From Anthoceros angustus (taxonomy: Eukaryota > Plantae > Anthocerotophyta): DNA of 64,000 bases. Position 1 is the first letter of the stretch, and the number at the start of each line of letters is the position of its first letter. Below the pieces are notes generated by a model. It did not search any database, was not told where the DNA came from, and saw only the letters and a list, made by a program, of their open reading frames with translations. Location of the stretch: the NCBI GenBank assembly GCA_010909165.1, contig MU008175.1:496001-560000 (forward strand), written 5' to 3'. Shown here one piece after another: positions 1 through 12,423 of this stretch. A program made the position numbers and the translations under genes.

Positions 1-1998
1 GTGAAAAAGCTCCAAGATTCTCTTCTAAAGTGGTACAACACCGACTAGGAGTGGAGCGTTATTTCAGAAGAAGAACCGGATGATCTAGGTCTGCCTTGGA
101 TTCCACTACTGGCCTTATGGATTAACGGTTATAATGGTATTGAGGGGGATTCCCAGGCAAGAATTGGCTGGATTCTTTGTGCAACAGTTGACGGGATGGG
201 CGAAGATATGCACATACATTTTCTGGTAACCAAGAAACCTCACTTGCACATAACGATGACATCAACACACATCTCCTGCTGATAATGGATGCTGCTAAGA
301 TTATGGCTCGGCGTTGTGAGCCATGGCGCCAGGTTAAAATCTGCCTTGCACGAGTCTGTTCAAGACGTAAGTAAGTTGTGTTTCAGTTCTGTATCACTTC
401 CCACATTTAGTTAGGGTTTCGCCTCATGCTAGTATACTAAACCTATTCTGTATGTAGCAGGGGGGAGAACAATTCTTCCGCATTCTACTCCGCTACGCAG
501 CAGAAGGGGTGCTGAAGAACAGGCAAAAGTAATTAGACGTGCTGGAGATCGGGCCGGAGAGGCGGTGCATGTGCAATTTGCTCCGTTGTCAGGAGGGCAG
601 GTGGGTGGTGTTGAGACTGAACCGATGCCTATGACCATGCAATCGGAGATGGAGGAGGACGAGGTCCTCGCAGGGCAGGCAGAGCCAAGCTCTCCAGAAG
701 ACGAGGAGCATTCTCTAGCATCAGGGTCGGATGCGAAGGCGAGCTTGGACAAGGCTGTCCAAGGCTCGAAACATGTCCAAATTCTGGGCTCTTCGGACTC
801 TGAGGAGTTTGAGGAAGAGATCACCCCTCCTCCTCTGAAGAGGACCCCGGTGTGCCGGGCAGTCGGCGCACAAGGGAAGAAGAAGAAGGGAAAGCATAGC
901 CTGTCCAGATCTCCGTTGAAGACGAGAAGGCGATTGGCTGGTAAGTTTTATGCTGAGAATCCATCTGCCCCTCAGCAAACTGAATGCATGGAGAAGTTGA
1001 AGCAACTTGTTATGGACTACCATGCAGAGTGCACACCAATCAAGCGCAAGAGGAAGGCAAGGTCTCATGCCGATGATGGAGAAGATATAGCAGGAGGCCG
1101 GAAAAAATCAAGGAAAGGGAGGAAGCTTGCGGAGGAAGAAGCCGTAGCTCGGACAGCGACCAATGATGCCGACAGACTCGAGCTCCTGTCACTGGAAGAT
1201 GACTATCTGGAGATGGTTCGCACTCGTGCTTATAAGAAGCAGGTTCAAACCACCACTTTTGATATTCACATTTCAGTTCTACATCTTGCTTCTTTTCTAA
1301 TGGCAGATGCTCAAATAAGGAAGGTGGATGAGGTATGGATGAAGTGCCTAGTTAGGCAGATGCAAACAGGTCCTGTAAAGGAAGAAACGCTCCCGCTCTT
1401 GTGCATGATTGATCCAGCACAGTGCTTAAAGAAGGAAGATGCAGACCCGGAAGAGATAAGAGCCCAACATTATACCCTAGGGGTCCTTGGAGGGAACCAT
1501 TGCTATGCCGCCATGAAGACCCTGTTCGAAATGTATCCGGCGGAGGATAAATTTCAATGGCTCGAGGGCCATGTCTATGCAAGCTTGACAGAAGAAGAAA
1601 TGAGGGTGCTATCAGTAGATCATAATGTGTATCCAGACAAGAGGAAGAAGCTGGGTATTGAACAAGTCTGATATATACATGATGAGCTAGAGACTTGGCA
1701 CCGGACACACCCCACTGGAAAACCTCCTGTGCATTGGAAGTTCAATGTTTATAAGTTGCTGGGGATGCTGAAGGAGGCTGGAAACTCAAAGGACACCGAT
1801 TATGTCCAGAAGATGGTGGATAGGAAGACTTTACCATTAAGGATTGCGAGATGCAGAGGTAAATTATGGGAGAACGTGGACACCATTTTCAGACTGTGGG
1901 AGAAGTGCGAACTCCCAGCGGTGTGGACGTCGCGTGACGACGAAGCGCGAAAGCTTAAACGCAAGCCACAAGACCCTACCACTCATCTCAAGACTTGA
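1..1998 (+). pseudogene. Degenerate, probably transposon-associated gene with ParB/sulfiredoxin-like motif
   Basis: ORFs 565-1671 and 1729-1998 share a frame, separated only by TGA at 1669-1671. The protein has an acidic/basic low-complexity N-part with NLS-like KRKRK and a globular part with VLGGNHCYAAM. Frame-1 sequence at 1-366 also looks coding but has stops. Possible intron ~371-460. Confidence 0.5.
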
Positions 1999-2031
1999 AC
2001 ACCATAATATTTGAACCGGCGGAATATACGA

Positions 2032-2181
2032 ACCTAAACCCTAGCCCCTAGACCCCAGGCCCGAGACCCTAGACCCTAAACCCTAGACCCTCGACCCCGG
2101 GCCCTCGACCCCGGTGCCTCGACCCCGGGCCCTCGACCGCCCTCGACCCCGGGCCCTCGACCCCGGGCCCTCGACCCTTAG
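2032..2181 (+). repeat. Telomere-like heptamer array (CCCTAAA/CCCTAGA grading into CCCTCGA-CCCCGGG)
   Basis: 7-bp periodicity: acctaaa ccctagc ccctaga ccccagg cccgaga ccctaga ccctaaa ccctaga ccctcga ccccggg ccctcga ..., with one 3-bp slip at 2137-2139. Confidence 0.8.
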
Positions 2182-2820
2182 GACTTCAACCCGAGCCCAT
2201 AAGCTTGTATGCCTGAAGCCTTAGGCGCAAAGCCCTAAGCCGGTAAGCTATAAGCCTTAGGCCCCAAATTGTAAGCTATGACCCAATGTAAGCTGGTATA
2301 TCCGAAAGCCGTAAACACACACGCAACACCTTGAGGCCCATAAGCTGGTATACCCGAAAGCCGTAAACACACTGCTGTCCCGAGTGGCGCGCGTATGCGC
2401 GTGCCCTCCAAATCAAAGAACCCCGGGTTTCCGTCTTATCGAGGGTTATGCGCATCCTCGAAACCAGAGAACCCTGGGTGTTTGCCTGTCGAGGGTGACG
2501 CGTGCCCTCCCAACCAAAACAGCTTCGGGAATCTGTCTCTCGAGGGCCTCCAAACCAAAGAACCAAGAACGCTGGGAATCCGCATTCCGCGCCCCCTCTC
2601 CAAACCAAATCTTTTATGCTACACTATGTTTGTCTTAGGGTGGTCCGTCCCATTAGTACTAAGTAAAGTTGTTGTTGTTATTAAAGCGTGTGCTTGTTAA
2701 AATCAAGGTGGAAGGTTCGAGCTCTCTCTCTACCGTTGCGAAAAGATCCTCAGAAGGATTTTTAACTTGCACTTATTGGCTTCTCGTGTGAGCCGGCCGC
2801 AATACAAAAAAAATGTGGTG

Positions 2821-4175
<1,355 letters not shown>

Positions 4176-4391
4176 GACAGGTATCTTCGGTCTCCTAGTC
4201 CCAATTATGGACGCCCAATGTGCACAATCGATTTTCCAAGAATACTGATTCCAAGGATTTCCAAGCACTCCTTCTGTAACAGCTCGCAAGAGATGTCAAG
4301 CTCCTAAACCTTGCTTGCTTCCAAACTGCAATTCCAAGCAAAGGCAGAAGAGATTGACAGACGTGGATGCAGCATCTGCGGTGGGTGTTGG

Positions 4392-4400
4392 TTTTATAGG
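4392..4400 (-). promoter_or_regulatory. Probable TATA box of the peroxidase gene
   Basis: CCTATAAAA on the minus strand ~220 bp upstream of the ATG. Confidence 0.5.
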
Positions 4401-5550
4401 CCTGGTTGAAGGCCAGGCAAGGCGAAGGGCCGCGGACAGGGCCGGCACTGGGTGCCAGACAGCCTTGCACACTGCATTCAGGAATCAGTGTTCACCAACA
4501 TCAACGGCGTTTAGGGTAGATCCAGGCGCCTTCGATTATCTGTCTCGTTTGCTTGCTGAAGGTACAACAAAGAGCGAGACGCGACAGCGAAGCCAGAACA
4601 CGCAGGCGCCTGCAGGCATTCCAAGCCTGTAGCGGCCTGCATTGGGCGGCCTCTTGCTCTCTGGACAGCTAACCGCCTCGGGCGACACGGAAGACCGCAT
4701 TTGACTCTACAGTAACCATACGGATTCTAGAATTGTAGATGCCCACCTTCCTCTCATCGCGCCTGTGGCGACTAACGATATGGATGGCCATGCCCAATGC
4801 ACACTGCCCAGCCACCAGTTGCTGCGTGTAAATAAATATGCACACGCCTCCGAGCCTGTGCCTGTGCACTGAGATCCACGGCCTTTGCACACCGTGCATT
4901 GCACGCAAATTGCAATGCACAGTTTGCACACACAGTTTGTAGATAAACCTTGCACCACCTGGTAAGCTACCATGCATGTTATGAAATATGTGGGATAAGT
5001 ATAAATTAAATGTAATCACAGCATAAATTACGTATAATTATGGTATAAACTACATGTTTAATTACATAAAATATTATTTAATTCTACCTCTGAGACTAAA
5101 GTTTTATGTGGATTGTGGTGTCTGTGGTTTGTGGAAGCATCCCATGCAGCTCGGCGCGAGATACAGCCTCACGCGAACGCGCGCCCACGTGGTGCAGGCG
5201 TCACCTTGCATGCCCGCAGGAGGCTGCCTCTTTCGTGCACACTTTAACATGACAAACCCTAATATGACAAACCTAATTCTAAGGGACGAAAATATTCTGA
5301 CACTGTCAAATCTTTACATCGGGAACTGGATTCCGGAACCGATTCGACACTTGCGCCACTTGTTGGTCTGTTCCGAGAAACGCATTCGGTACACCATATA
5401 CATATGTGGTGGCCTTTGCCATGCAGTCCGTATGGTGCTTGGACTGCTCGAGTTCGTCCTCCTGCATACATGATTCGGAAGGCGGGTCTTGGCAGGCAAC
5501 AAGAGGGACAGAGAGCACAGCCCCTGGGTTTATTACGCATTTTCATGACA

Positions 5551-5842
5551 AAGCAGTCACGACCCGTCAACGAAGCAGTCCCAACCCGCCAACGAAGCAG
5601 TCCTGACCCGTCGACGAAGCAGTCCCGACCCGTCAACGAAGCAGTGCCCACCCGTCAACGAAGCAGTCCCGACCCGTCAACGAAGCAGTCCTGACCCGCC
5701 ACCGAAGCAGTCATGACCCGTCAACGAAGCAGTCACGACCGGTCATCGACGAAGCAGTCCCGACCCGTCAACGAATCACTCATGCTGAGATAAGTCAGTC
5801 AGATAAATCAGCGAAGCATAAGTCCCGACCCGTCAACGAAGC
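5551..5842. repeat. ~22-bp minisatellite (CGACCCGTCAACGAAGCAGTCC), ~10 copies plus one detached copy
   Basis: Tandem units read directly; the array abuts the truncated 5' end of the PPR pseudogene. Confidence 0.92.
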
Positions 5843-5850
5843 ATCAGTCA

Positions 5851-8800
5851 GATCAATTCCTGGGCTTCCACATCCTGCGAATGTACGCTTCTCTTGGCAA
5901 GTTGCAAGACGCGACGGATGTGTTTGCACTGGTTGCCAAACCAGATGCCTTCACGTGGTCCACCATAATTTCTGACCATGTTGAGCATGGGCAAGAAAAG
6001 AAGGCTGTGCAGTTGTATCAGGCGATGCGCAGGTCGAAGGTGAAGCCAGATGAACATGTGTTTGTGGCGGCCCTTCAGGCTTGTGCAAGGGAATCGGACT
6101 TGAAGACTGGGCAGAAGGTGCATGCTGATGTTTTTGCTAGTGGCGCTCAGGGTGATTTGTTTGTCTGCAATGGCTTGGTGAACATGTATGCAAACTGTGG
6201 CAGCTTGGAAGATGCTCAGACTTGGTCAGAAAAATGTGGTGCCATGGAATGGCCTGATTGCAGGGTATTCCCAAAAGGGCATGGGTCAGGAAGCCCTTCG
6301 TCTCTACGGTGATATGCAAGAAAAAAAACATCGCTGCACCCGATTCTGTGACATTTGTGTGCCTCCTGCAGGCACGTGCCAGTCTGGGCACGTCAGCTTT
6401 GGGGAATGGAAAGCAGCTTCACGGGCAGATTAAAGAACGTGGATATCAAGCTCATGTGTTTATCGGCAGCAGTTTGGTAAACATGTATGCAAAGTGTGGC
6501 AGCTTGGAAGATGCTCACGAGAGTGTTTGATGGACTTGCTCAAAAAGATGTGGTGACTTGGACTGCTATGATAGCAGGGTATTCCCAGCAGGGAATGGGC
6601 CTGGAAGCCCTTCGTCTCTACGGTGCTATGCAGGAAGGCGGCATGATGGTACTTGATTCCGTGACAATTCTATGCCTCCTGCAGGCATGTGCAAGTGTGG
6701 GCACTCCGGCTCTGGAGAGGGAAGCAGCGTCATGCCCAGATTACAGAACAGAGATATCAAGCTGATGTGTTTGTAGGCAGTTGTTTGGTGAACATGTATG
6801 TTAAGTGTGGCAGCTTGGAAGACGCTCAAAGAGTGTTTGACGGACTTGGTTAAAAAGGTTTTGTGACATGGAATGTCATGTTCGCAGGGTATTCACAGCA
6901 GGGCATGGGCCAGAAAGCCCTTTCTCTGTACAATGCTATGCGAGAAGGAGGCTATGCTGTCCCCAATTCCATCACATTTGTGTGCCTCCTGCAGGCATGT
7001 ACAGGTCTGTGAACTCCAGGTTTGGAGAAGGGGAAGGAGCTTCAAGCTCAAATTAGAGAACGAGGACATCAAGCTGATGTCTTTGTGGCCAACAGGTCAG
7101 TAAACATGTATGCAAAGTGTGGCAGCTTGGAAGATGCTCAGAAATTGTTTGACGGGCTTGGTGAGGAAGATGTGGTGACGTGGAATGCCATGATAGCAGG
7201 GTAGACGAAGGGATTACTCTTCCCAATTCTGACGTTCTCGTGTCTCCTGCAAGCATGTGCAAGTGTGGGCAACCCAGCTTTGGACATGGGGAAGCAGGCT
7301 GATGCACCAATCGTGGAAGCAGGTCATCACAGTGGTGGGTTTCTATCCAGTGGTTTGGTGAACATGTATGCAAAGTGTGGCAGCGTGGAAGATAAACAGG
7401 GAGTGTTTGATGGACTTGCTCAAAAAGATGTGGTGACTTGGACTGCTATGATAGCAGGGTATTCCCAGCAGGGAATGGGCCTGGAAGCCCTTCGTCTCTA
7501 CGGTGCTATGCAGGAAGGCGGCATGATGGTACTTGATTCCGTGACAATTCTATGCCTCCTGCAGGCATGTAAAGTGTGGGCACTCCGGCTCTGGAGAGGG
7601 AAGCAGCTCATGCCCAGATTACAGAACAGAGATATCAAGCTGATGTGTTTGTAGGCAGTTGTTTGGTGAACATGTATGTTAAGTGTGGCAGCTTGGAAGA
7701 CGCTCAAAGAGTGTTTGACGGACTTGGTTAAAAGGTGTTGTGACATGGAACGTACTGTTAGCAGGGTATTCACAGCAGGGCATGGGCCAGAAGCCCTTTC
7801 TCTGTACAATGCTATGCAGAAGGAGGCAATGCTGTCCCCAATTCCATCACATTTGTGTGCCTCCTGCAGGCATGTACAGGTCTGTGAACTCCAGGTTTGG
7901 AGAAGGGAAGGAACTTCAAGCTCAAATTAGAGAACGAGGACATCAAGCTGATGTCTTTGTAGCCAACAGGTCAGTAAACATGTATGCAAAGTGTGGCAGC
8001 TTGGAAGATGCTCAGAAATTGTTTGACGGGCTTGGTGAGGAAGATGTGACGTGGAATGCCATGATAGCAGGGTAGACGAAGGGATTACTCTTCCCAATTC
8101 TGACGTTCTCGTGTCTCCTGCAAGCATGTGCAAGTGTGGGCAACCCAGCTTTGGACATGGGGAAGCAGGCTGATGCACCAATCGTGGAAGCAGGTCATCA
8201 CAGTGGTGGGTTTCTATCCAGTGGTTTGGTGAACATGTATGCAAAGTGTGGCAGCTTGGAAGATAAACAGGAGTGTTTGACGGGTTCGGTAAAAGGAGGT
8301 GGTGACGTGGACTGCTCTAATTTCAGGGTATTGTCAGCAGGGCATGGGTCAGGAAGCACTTCAGTCTCTATAGTGCTATGCAGGAAGAAGGCCTGGCTGC
8401 ACCCGATCCTGCTACTTTTGTGTGCCTCCTGCAAGCATGTGCAATCGTGGGCAGACTAGCTTTGGAGAAGGGCAAGCAGCTTCATGTGCAGATTAGGGAA
8501 CAAGGACTTGGGGATGACATGTTTGTGGCAGCAGTTTGGCGAACTTATATGCAAAGTGTGGCAGCTTGGATGATGCTGAGATTGTGTTTGTGGCGGCCCT
8601 TCAGGCTTGTGCAAGGGAATCGGACTTGAAGACTGGGCAGAAGGTGCATGCTGACGTTTTGCTAGTGGCGCTCAGGGTGATTTGTTTGTCTGTAATGGCT
8701 TGGTGAACATGTATGCAAACTGTGGCAGCTTGGAAGATGCTCAGACTTGGTCAGAAAGATGTGGTGCCATGGAATGGCCTGATTGCAGGGTATTCCCAAA

Positions 8801-11115
8801 AGGGCATGGGTCAGGAAGCCCTTCGTCTCTACGGTGATATGCAAGAAAAGGGCATCGCTGCACCCGATTCTGTGACATTTGTGTGCCTCCTGCAGGCACG
8901 TGCCAGACTGGGCACGTCAGCTTTGGAGAATGGAAAGCAGCTTCACGGGCAGATTAAAGAACGTGGATATCAAGCTGATGTGTTTATCGGCAGCAGTTTG
9001 GTAAACATGTATGCAAAGTGTGGCAGCTTGGAAGATGCTCACGAGAGTGTTTGATGGACTTGCTCAAAAAGATGTGGTGACTTGGACTGCTATGATAGCA
9101 GGGTATTCCCAGCAGGGAATGGGCCTGGAAGCCCTTCGTCTCTACGGTGCTATGCAGGAAGGCGGCATGATGGTACTTGATTCCGTGACAATTCTATGCC
9201 TCCTGCAGGCATGTGAAAGTGTGGGCACTCCGGCTCTGGAGAGGGAAGCAGCTCATGCCCAGATTACAGAACAGAGATATCAAGCTGATGTGTTTGTAGG
9301 CAGTTGTTTGGTGAACATGTATGTTAAGTGTGGCAGCTTGGAAGACGCTCAAAGAGTGTTTGACGGACTTGGTTAAAAGGTGTTGTGACATGGAACGTAC
9401 TGTTAGCAGGGTATTCACAGCAGGGCATGGGCCAGAAGCCCTTTCTCTGTACAATGCTATGCAGAAGGAGGCAATGCTGTCCCCAATTCCATCACATTTG
9501 TGTGCCTCCTGCAGGCATGTACAGGTCTGTGAACTCCAGGTTTGGAGAAGGGGAAGGAGCTTCAAGCTCAAATTAGAGAACGAGGACATCAAGCTGATGT
9601 CTTTGTGGCCAACAGGTCAGTAAACATGTATGCAAAGTGTGGCAGCTTGGAAGATGCTCAGAAATTGTTTGACGGGCTTGGTGAGGAAGATGTGGTGACG
9701 TGGAATGCCATGATAGCAGGGTAGACGAAGGGATTACTCTTCCCAATTCTGACGTTCTCGTGTCTCCTGCAAGCATGTGCAAGTGTGGGCAACCCAGCTT
9801 TGGACATGGGGAAGCAGGCTGATGCACCAATCGTGGAAGCAGGTCATCACAGTGGTGGGTTTTTATCCAGCGGTTTGGTGAACATGTATGCAAAGTGTGG
9901 CAGCTTGGAAGATAAACAGGGAGTGTTTGACGGGTTCGGTAAAAAGGAGGTGGTGACGTGGACTGCTCTAATTTCAGGGTATTGTCAGCAGGGCATGGGT
10001 CAGGAAGCACTTCAGTCTCTATAGTGCTATGCAGGAAGAAGGCCTGGCTGCACCCGATCCCGTTACTTTTGTGTGCCTCCTGCAAGCATGTGCAATCGTG
10101 GGCAGACTAGCTTTGGAGAAGGGCAAGCAGCTTCATGTGCAGATTAGGGAACAAGGACTTGGGGATGACATGTTTGTGGGCAGCAGTTTGGCGAACTTAT
10201 ATGCAAAGTGTGGCAGCTTGGATGATGCTGAGATTGTGTTTGACGAACTTGGTCAAAAAGATCTGGTCACGTGGACTGCTCTAATCGCAGGGTATTCCCA
10301 GCGGGAGATGAGCCAGGAAGCCCTTAGCCTCTACAGTGTTATGCAAGTGGAAGGCATCGCTGTCCCTAATTCAGTGACATTTGTGTGCCCCCTACAGGCA
10401 TGTGCAAATGTGGCAGCTTTGCATCTGGGAAGGCAGCTGCACATACAGATTCAAGAACAAGGACTTCATGCTGATGTATGTGTAGCTGGCAGTTTATAAA
10501 CTTGTATGGAAAGTCTGGGAGCATGGTCGATGCACAGGAGGTGTTTGATGCTATGCACGACAGAGACGTTGGCGCCTGGAATGCACTGATTGCAGGCTAA
10601 CCCTGTCAAGGAGACAGTGAAGCGGTCTTTGACCTTGTCCAGAGAATGAGGGAGGATGGCATACAGCCAGTCGATATTACGTTCCTCAGTGTACTAACAG
10701 TGTGCAGTCACGCAGGTCTGGTGAACAAAGGATGGAAGTCTTTTGAGGATATGACCGAACACTTTGGCATAACTCCCACAGAGGACCATTACACATGCAT
10801 GTGGATCTGCTGAGTCGTGCAGGACAGCTGGACGAAGCACTAGCTTTAGCACAAACAATGCCTGGACTGCCTTGTGCTGCAGTGTGGCATACTCTGTTGG
10901 GTGCTTGTCGAAAATGGAGGAACGTAGAGTTGGGCCGCCATGCTTTCGGACAAGCAGTGAAGGCAGACGACAAAGATGCTGCAGCGTATGTCTTGGTGTC
11001 AAACATATACAGCAGTACTCAGATGTGGGTCAGAGTTTGTGGACAGACGAGGACGGACTGGTACATAGTTTTTTGGTTGGGGATGAGTAGTACTCCCCAA
11101 TGTCAAGCAAGCTGA
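5851..11115 (+). pseudogene. PLS-class pentatricopeptide repeat (organellar RNA-editing factor type) pseudogene with E domain, no DYW
   Basis: Repeated NMYAKCGSLEDA..VFD...KDVVTWTAMIAGYSQQG..EAL..Y..MQ..PDSVTFVCLLQAC triplets. C-terminal VDLLSRAGQLDEA, VWHTLLGACRKW and AAYVLVSNIY (E motifs). Many frameshifts and stops (7202, 8073, 9722, 10497, 10598). Nested tandem duplications. Confidence 0.92.
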
Positions 11116-11385
11116 AGCGGATACCGTGCAAAAAGTGAAATGCCTGCATAGTGAGAAGCAGCTCATCGGAGGCTGAACTCCATTGGAACACAAAACTGCG
11201 TTAAGGGTGCTCTGCAACAGTTGTGAAAAAAGGCCAGACTTGCTGCTACAACCGATCCACCTAGATCTACATATACTTCCCAGCTGCTCATGAAAGGCTC
11301 ATTGTCCCTGCTATCCCAAACCAGTGCAAACAGCAATGGAGCCAGGGTAGCACTGGCAACTGCGAAGGGGCGAGACCATCTGTAA

Positions 11386-11535
11386 GGCTCTACAACGGGG
11401 ATGGTCAGGCGGCGGGGCAGAGCTAGAGGCCACTCTATCAGGTACCCATCAATTTTTTCCCCTCAGTTAAAAATTTTACTTAATAAACAAGTGTGCAAAC
11501 AGGGCTACGTGAGGAGCCCATCCCCATTGTGGAAG
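11386..11535. mobile_element. Possible degraded Tourist/PIF-Harbinger-type MITE
   Basis: TCTACAACGGGGATGG and CCATCCCCATTGTGGA form an inverted repeat (14/16) ~130 bp apart with an AT-rich interior. The left end is TAA|GGC; no right TSD is evident. Confidence 0.3.
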
Positions 11536-12423
11536 AGATGTCTGGGCTGCAAAACGAGCGTGATACTTTCAGCTCTTTTCACCTAATCGTGGTAGCAAAA
11601 GCGTGGTGCGAGCAGAAGCTGCTGTAGCTCCCTGGAAAGAGCCACAGAAGATCTCAAGATTTCCACATTGGCGGTCCTCGATAGGAAAACAATTGGTGGT
11701 ATTCAATAGGTAGTAACAGACACTGGACACAAAGGCAGCCATCTCACCGGCAGCCAATCAGGCTTGAGCCCGCTCACCTGCTTGCACGCCACTCGGACAC
11801 GGGGAGTACATAAGTCCACCTTTGTGCATCAGATTACAAACAGCAATCCTATCATTTGTACAAACACCATATTCGCAGTCATCCATGAACGGTGACGCCA
11901 CGTCTCTCCAGGCTCCACGAGGACATTCCTCTCAATTCTGTTCCTCACAATTTTTGTGGGTTCGCAAACCCAGAGAAAAAGAAAAACAGCCCAAAAAATA
12001 GTTACTGGAGGCGGGAGAGTCTCTTTCGAAGGCTGCGGCTACCAACTGCAAGCAGCCCGACGTGGTGCCGGGCTGCAGTTGAGTCACGCAGACAGCCCGT
12101 AGAGGATCATGATCACCTGCATGCCTTCGCCGCTGCTTGTTTTCGTACCTCTCTGCAATCTGCACAGGTTCATATCGGGCCAGGGGGTGGAGCTGGGAAG
12201 CAAGGGGGAAGGAAGGAAGCAAGGGAGGAAGGAAGGTCAGCTGCGCCTGTAACAAGGAGGTGTGAGAAGACAGCAAGGTGGTGGCAGGAGCGGATTTGTA
12301 GCTGCTCGGGAAGTGGAGCGGTCGCACCAGGAGCTGGGGACTGAGGGGTTTAGGGCCTTGTAGAGAAATGGAGGGGAAAAGCTTGCAGATGCGTTAAGCA
12401 GGTCCTTTGTAAAGACGGTGTTC

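Noticed and set aside
4669-5019. Minus-strand ORF upstream of the peroxidase
   Set aside because: No recognisable domain; it runs into AT-rich sequence and is likely spurious.
5551-5842. 22-bp repeats as CRISPR repeats or iterons
   Set aside because: Head-to-tail units without spacers; an ordinary minisatellite.
5851-11115. Rescue of PPR stop codons by U-to-C RNA editing, or an intact gene with only sequencing errors
   Set aside because: Such editing is organellar, and shared deletions and frameshifts across the duplicated copies cannot be fixed by editing.
11020-11340. DYW deaminase domain after the PPR E motifs
   Set aside because: No PG box, HSE, CxDC or DYW-like terminus recognised.
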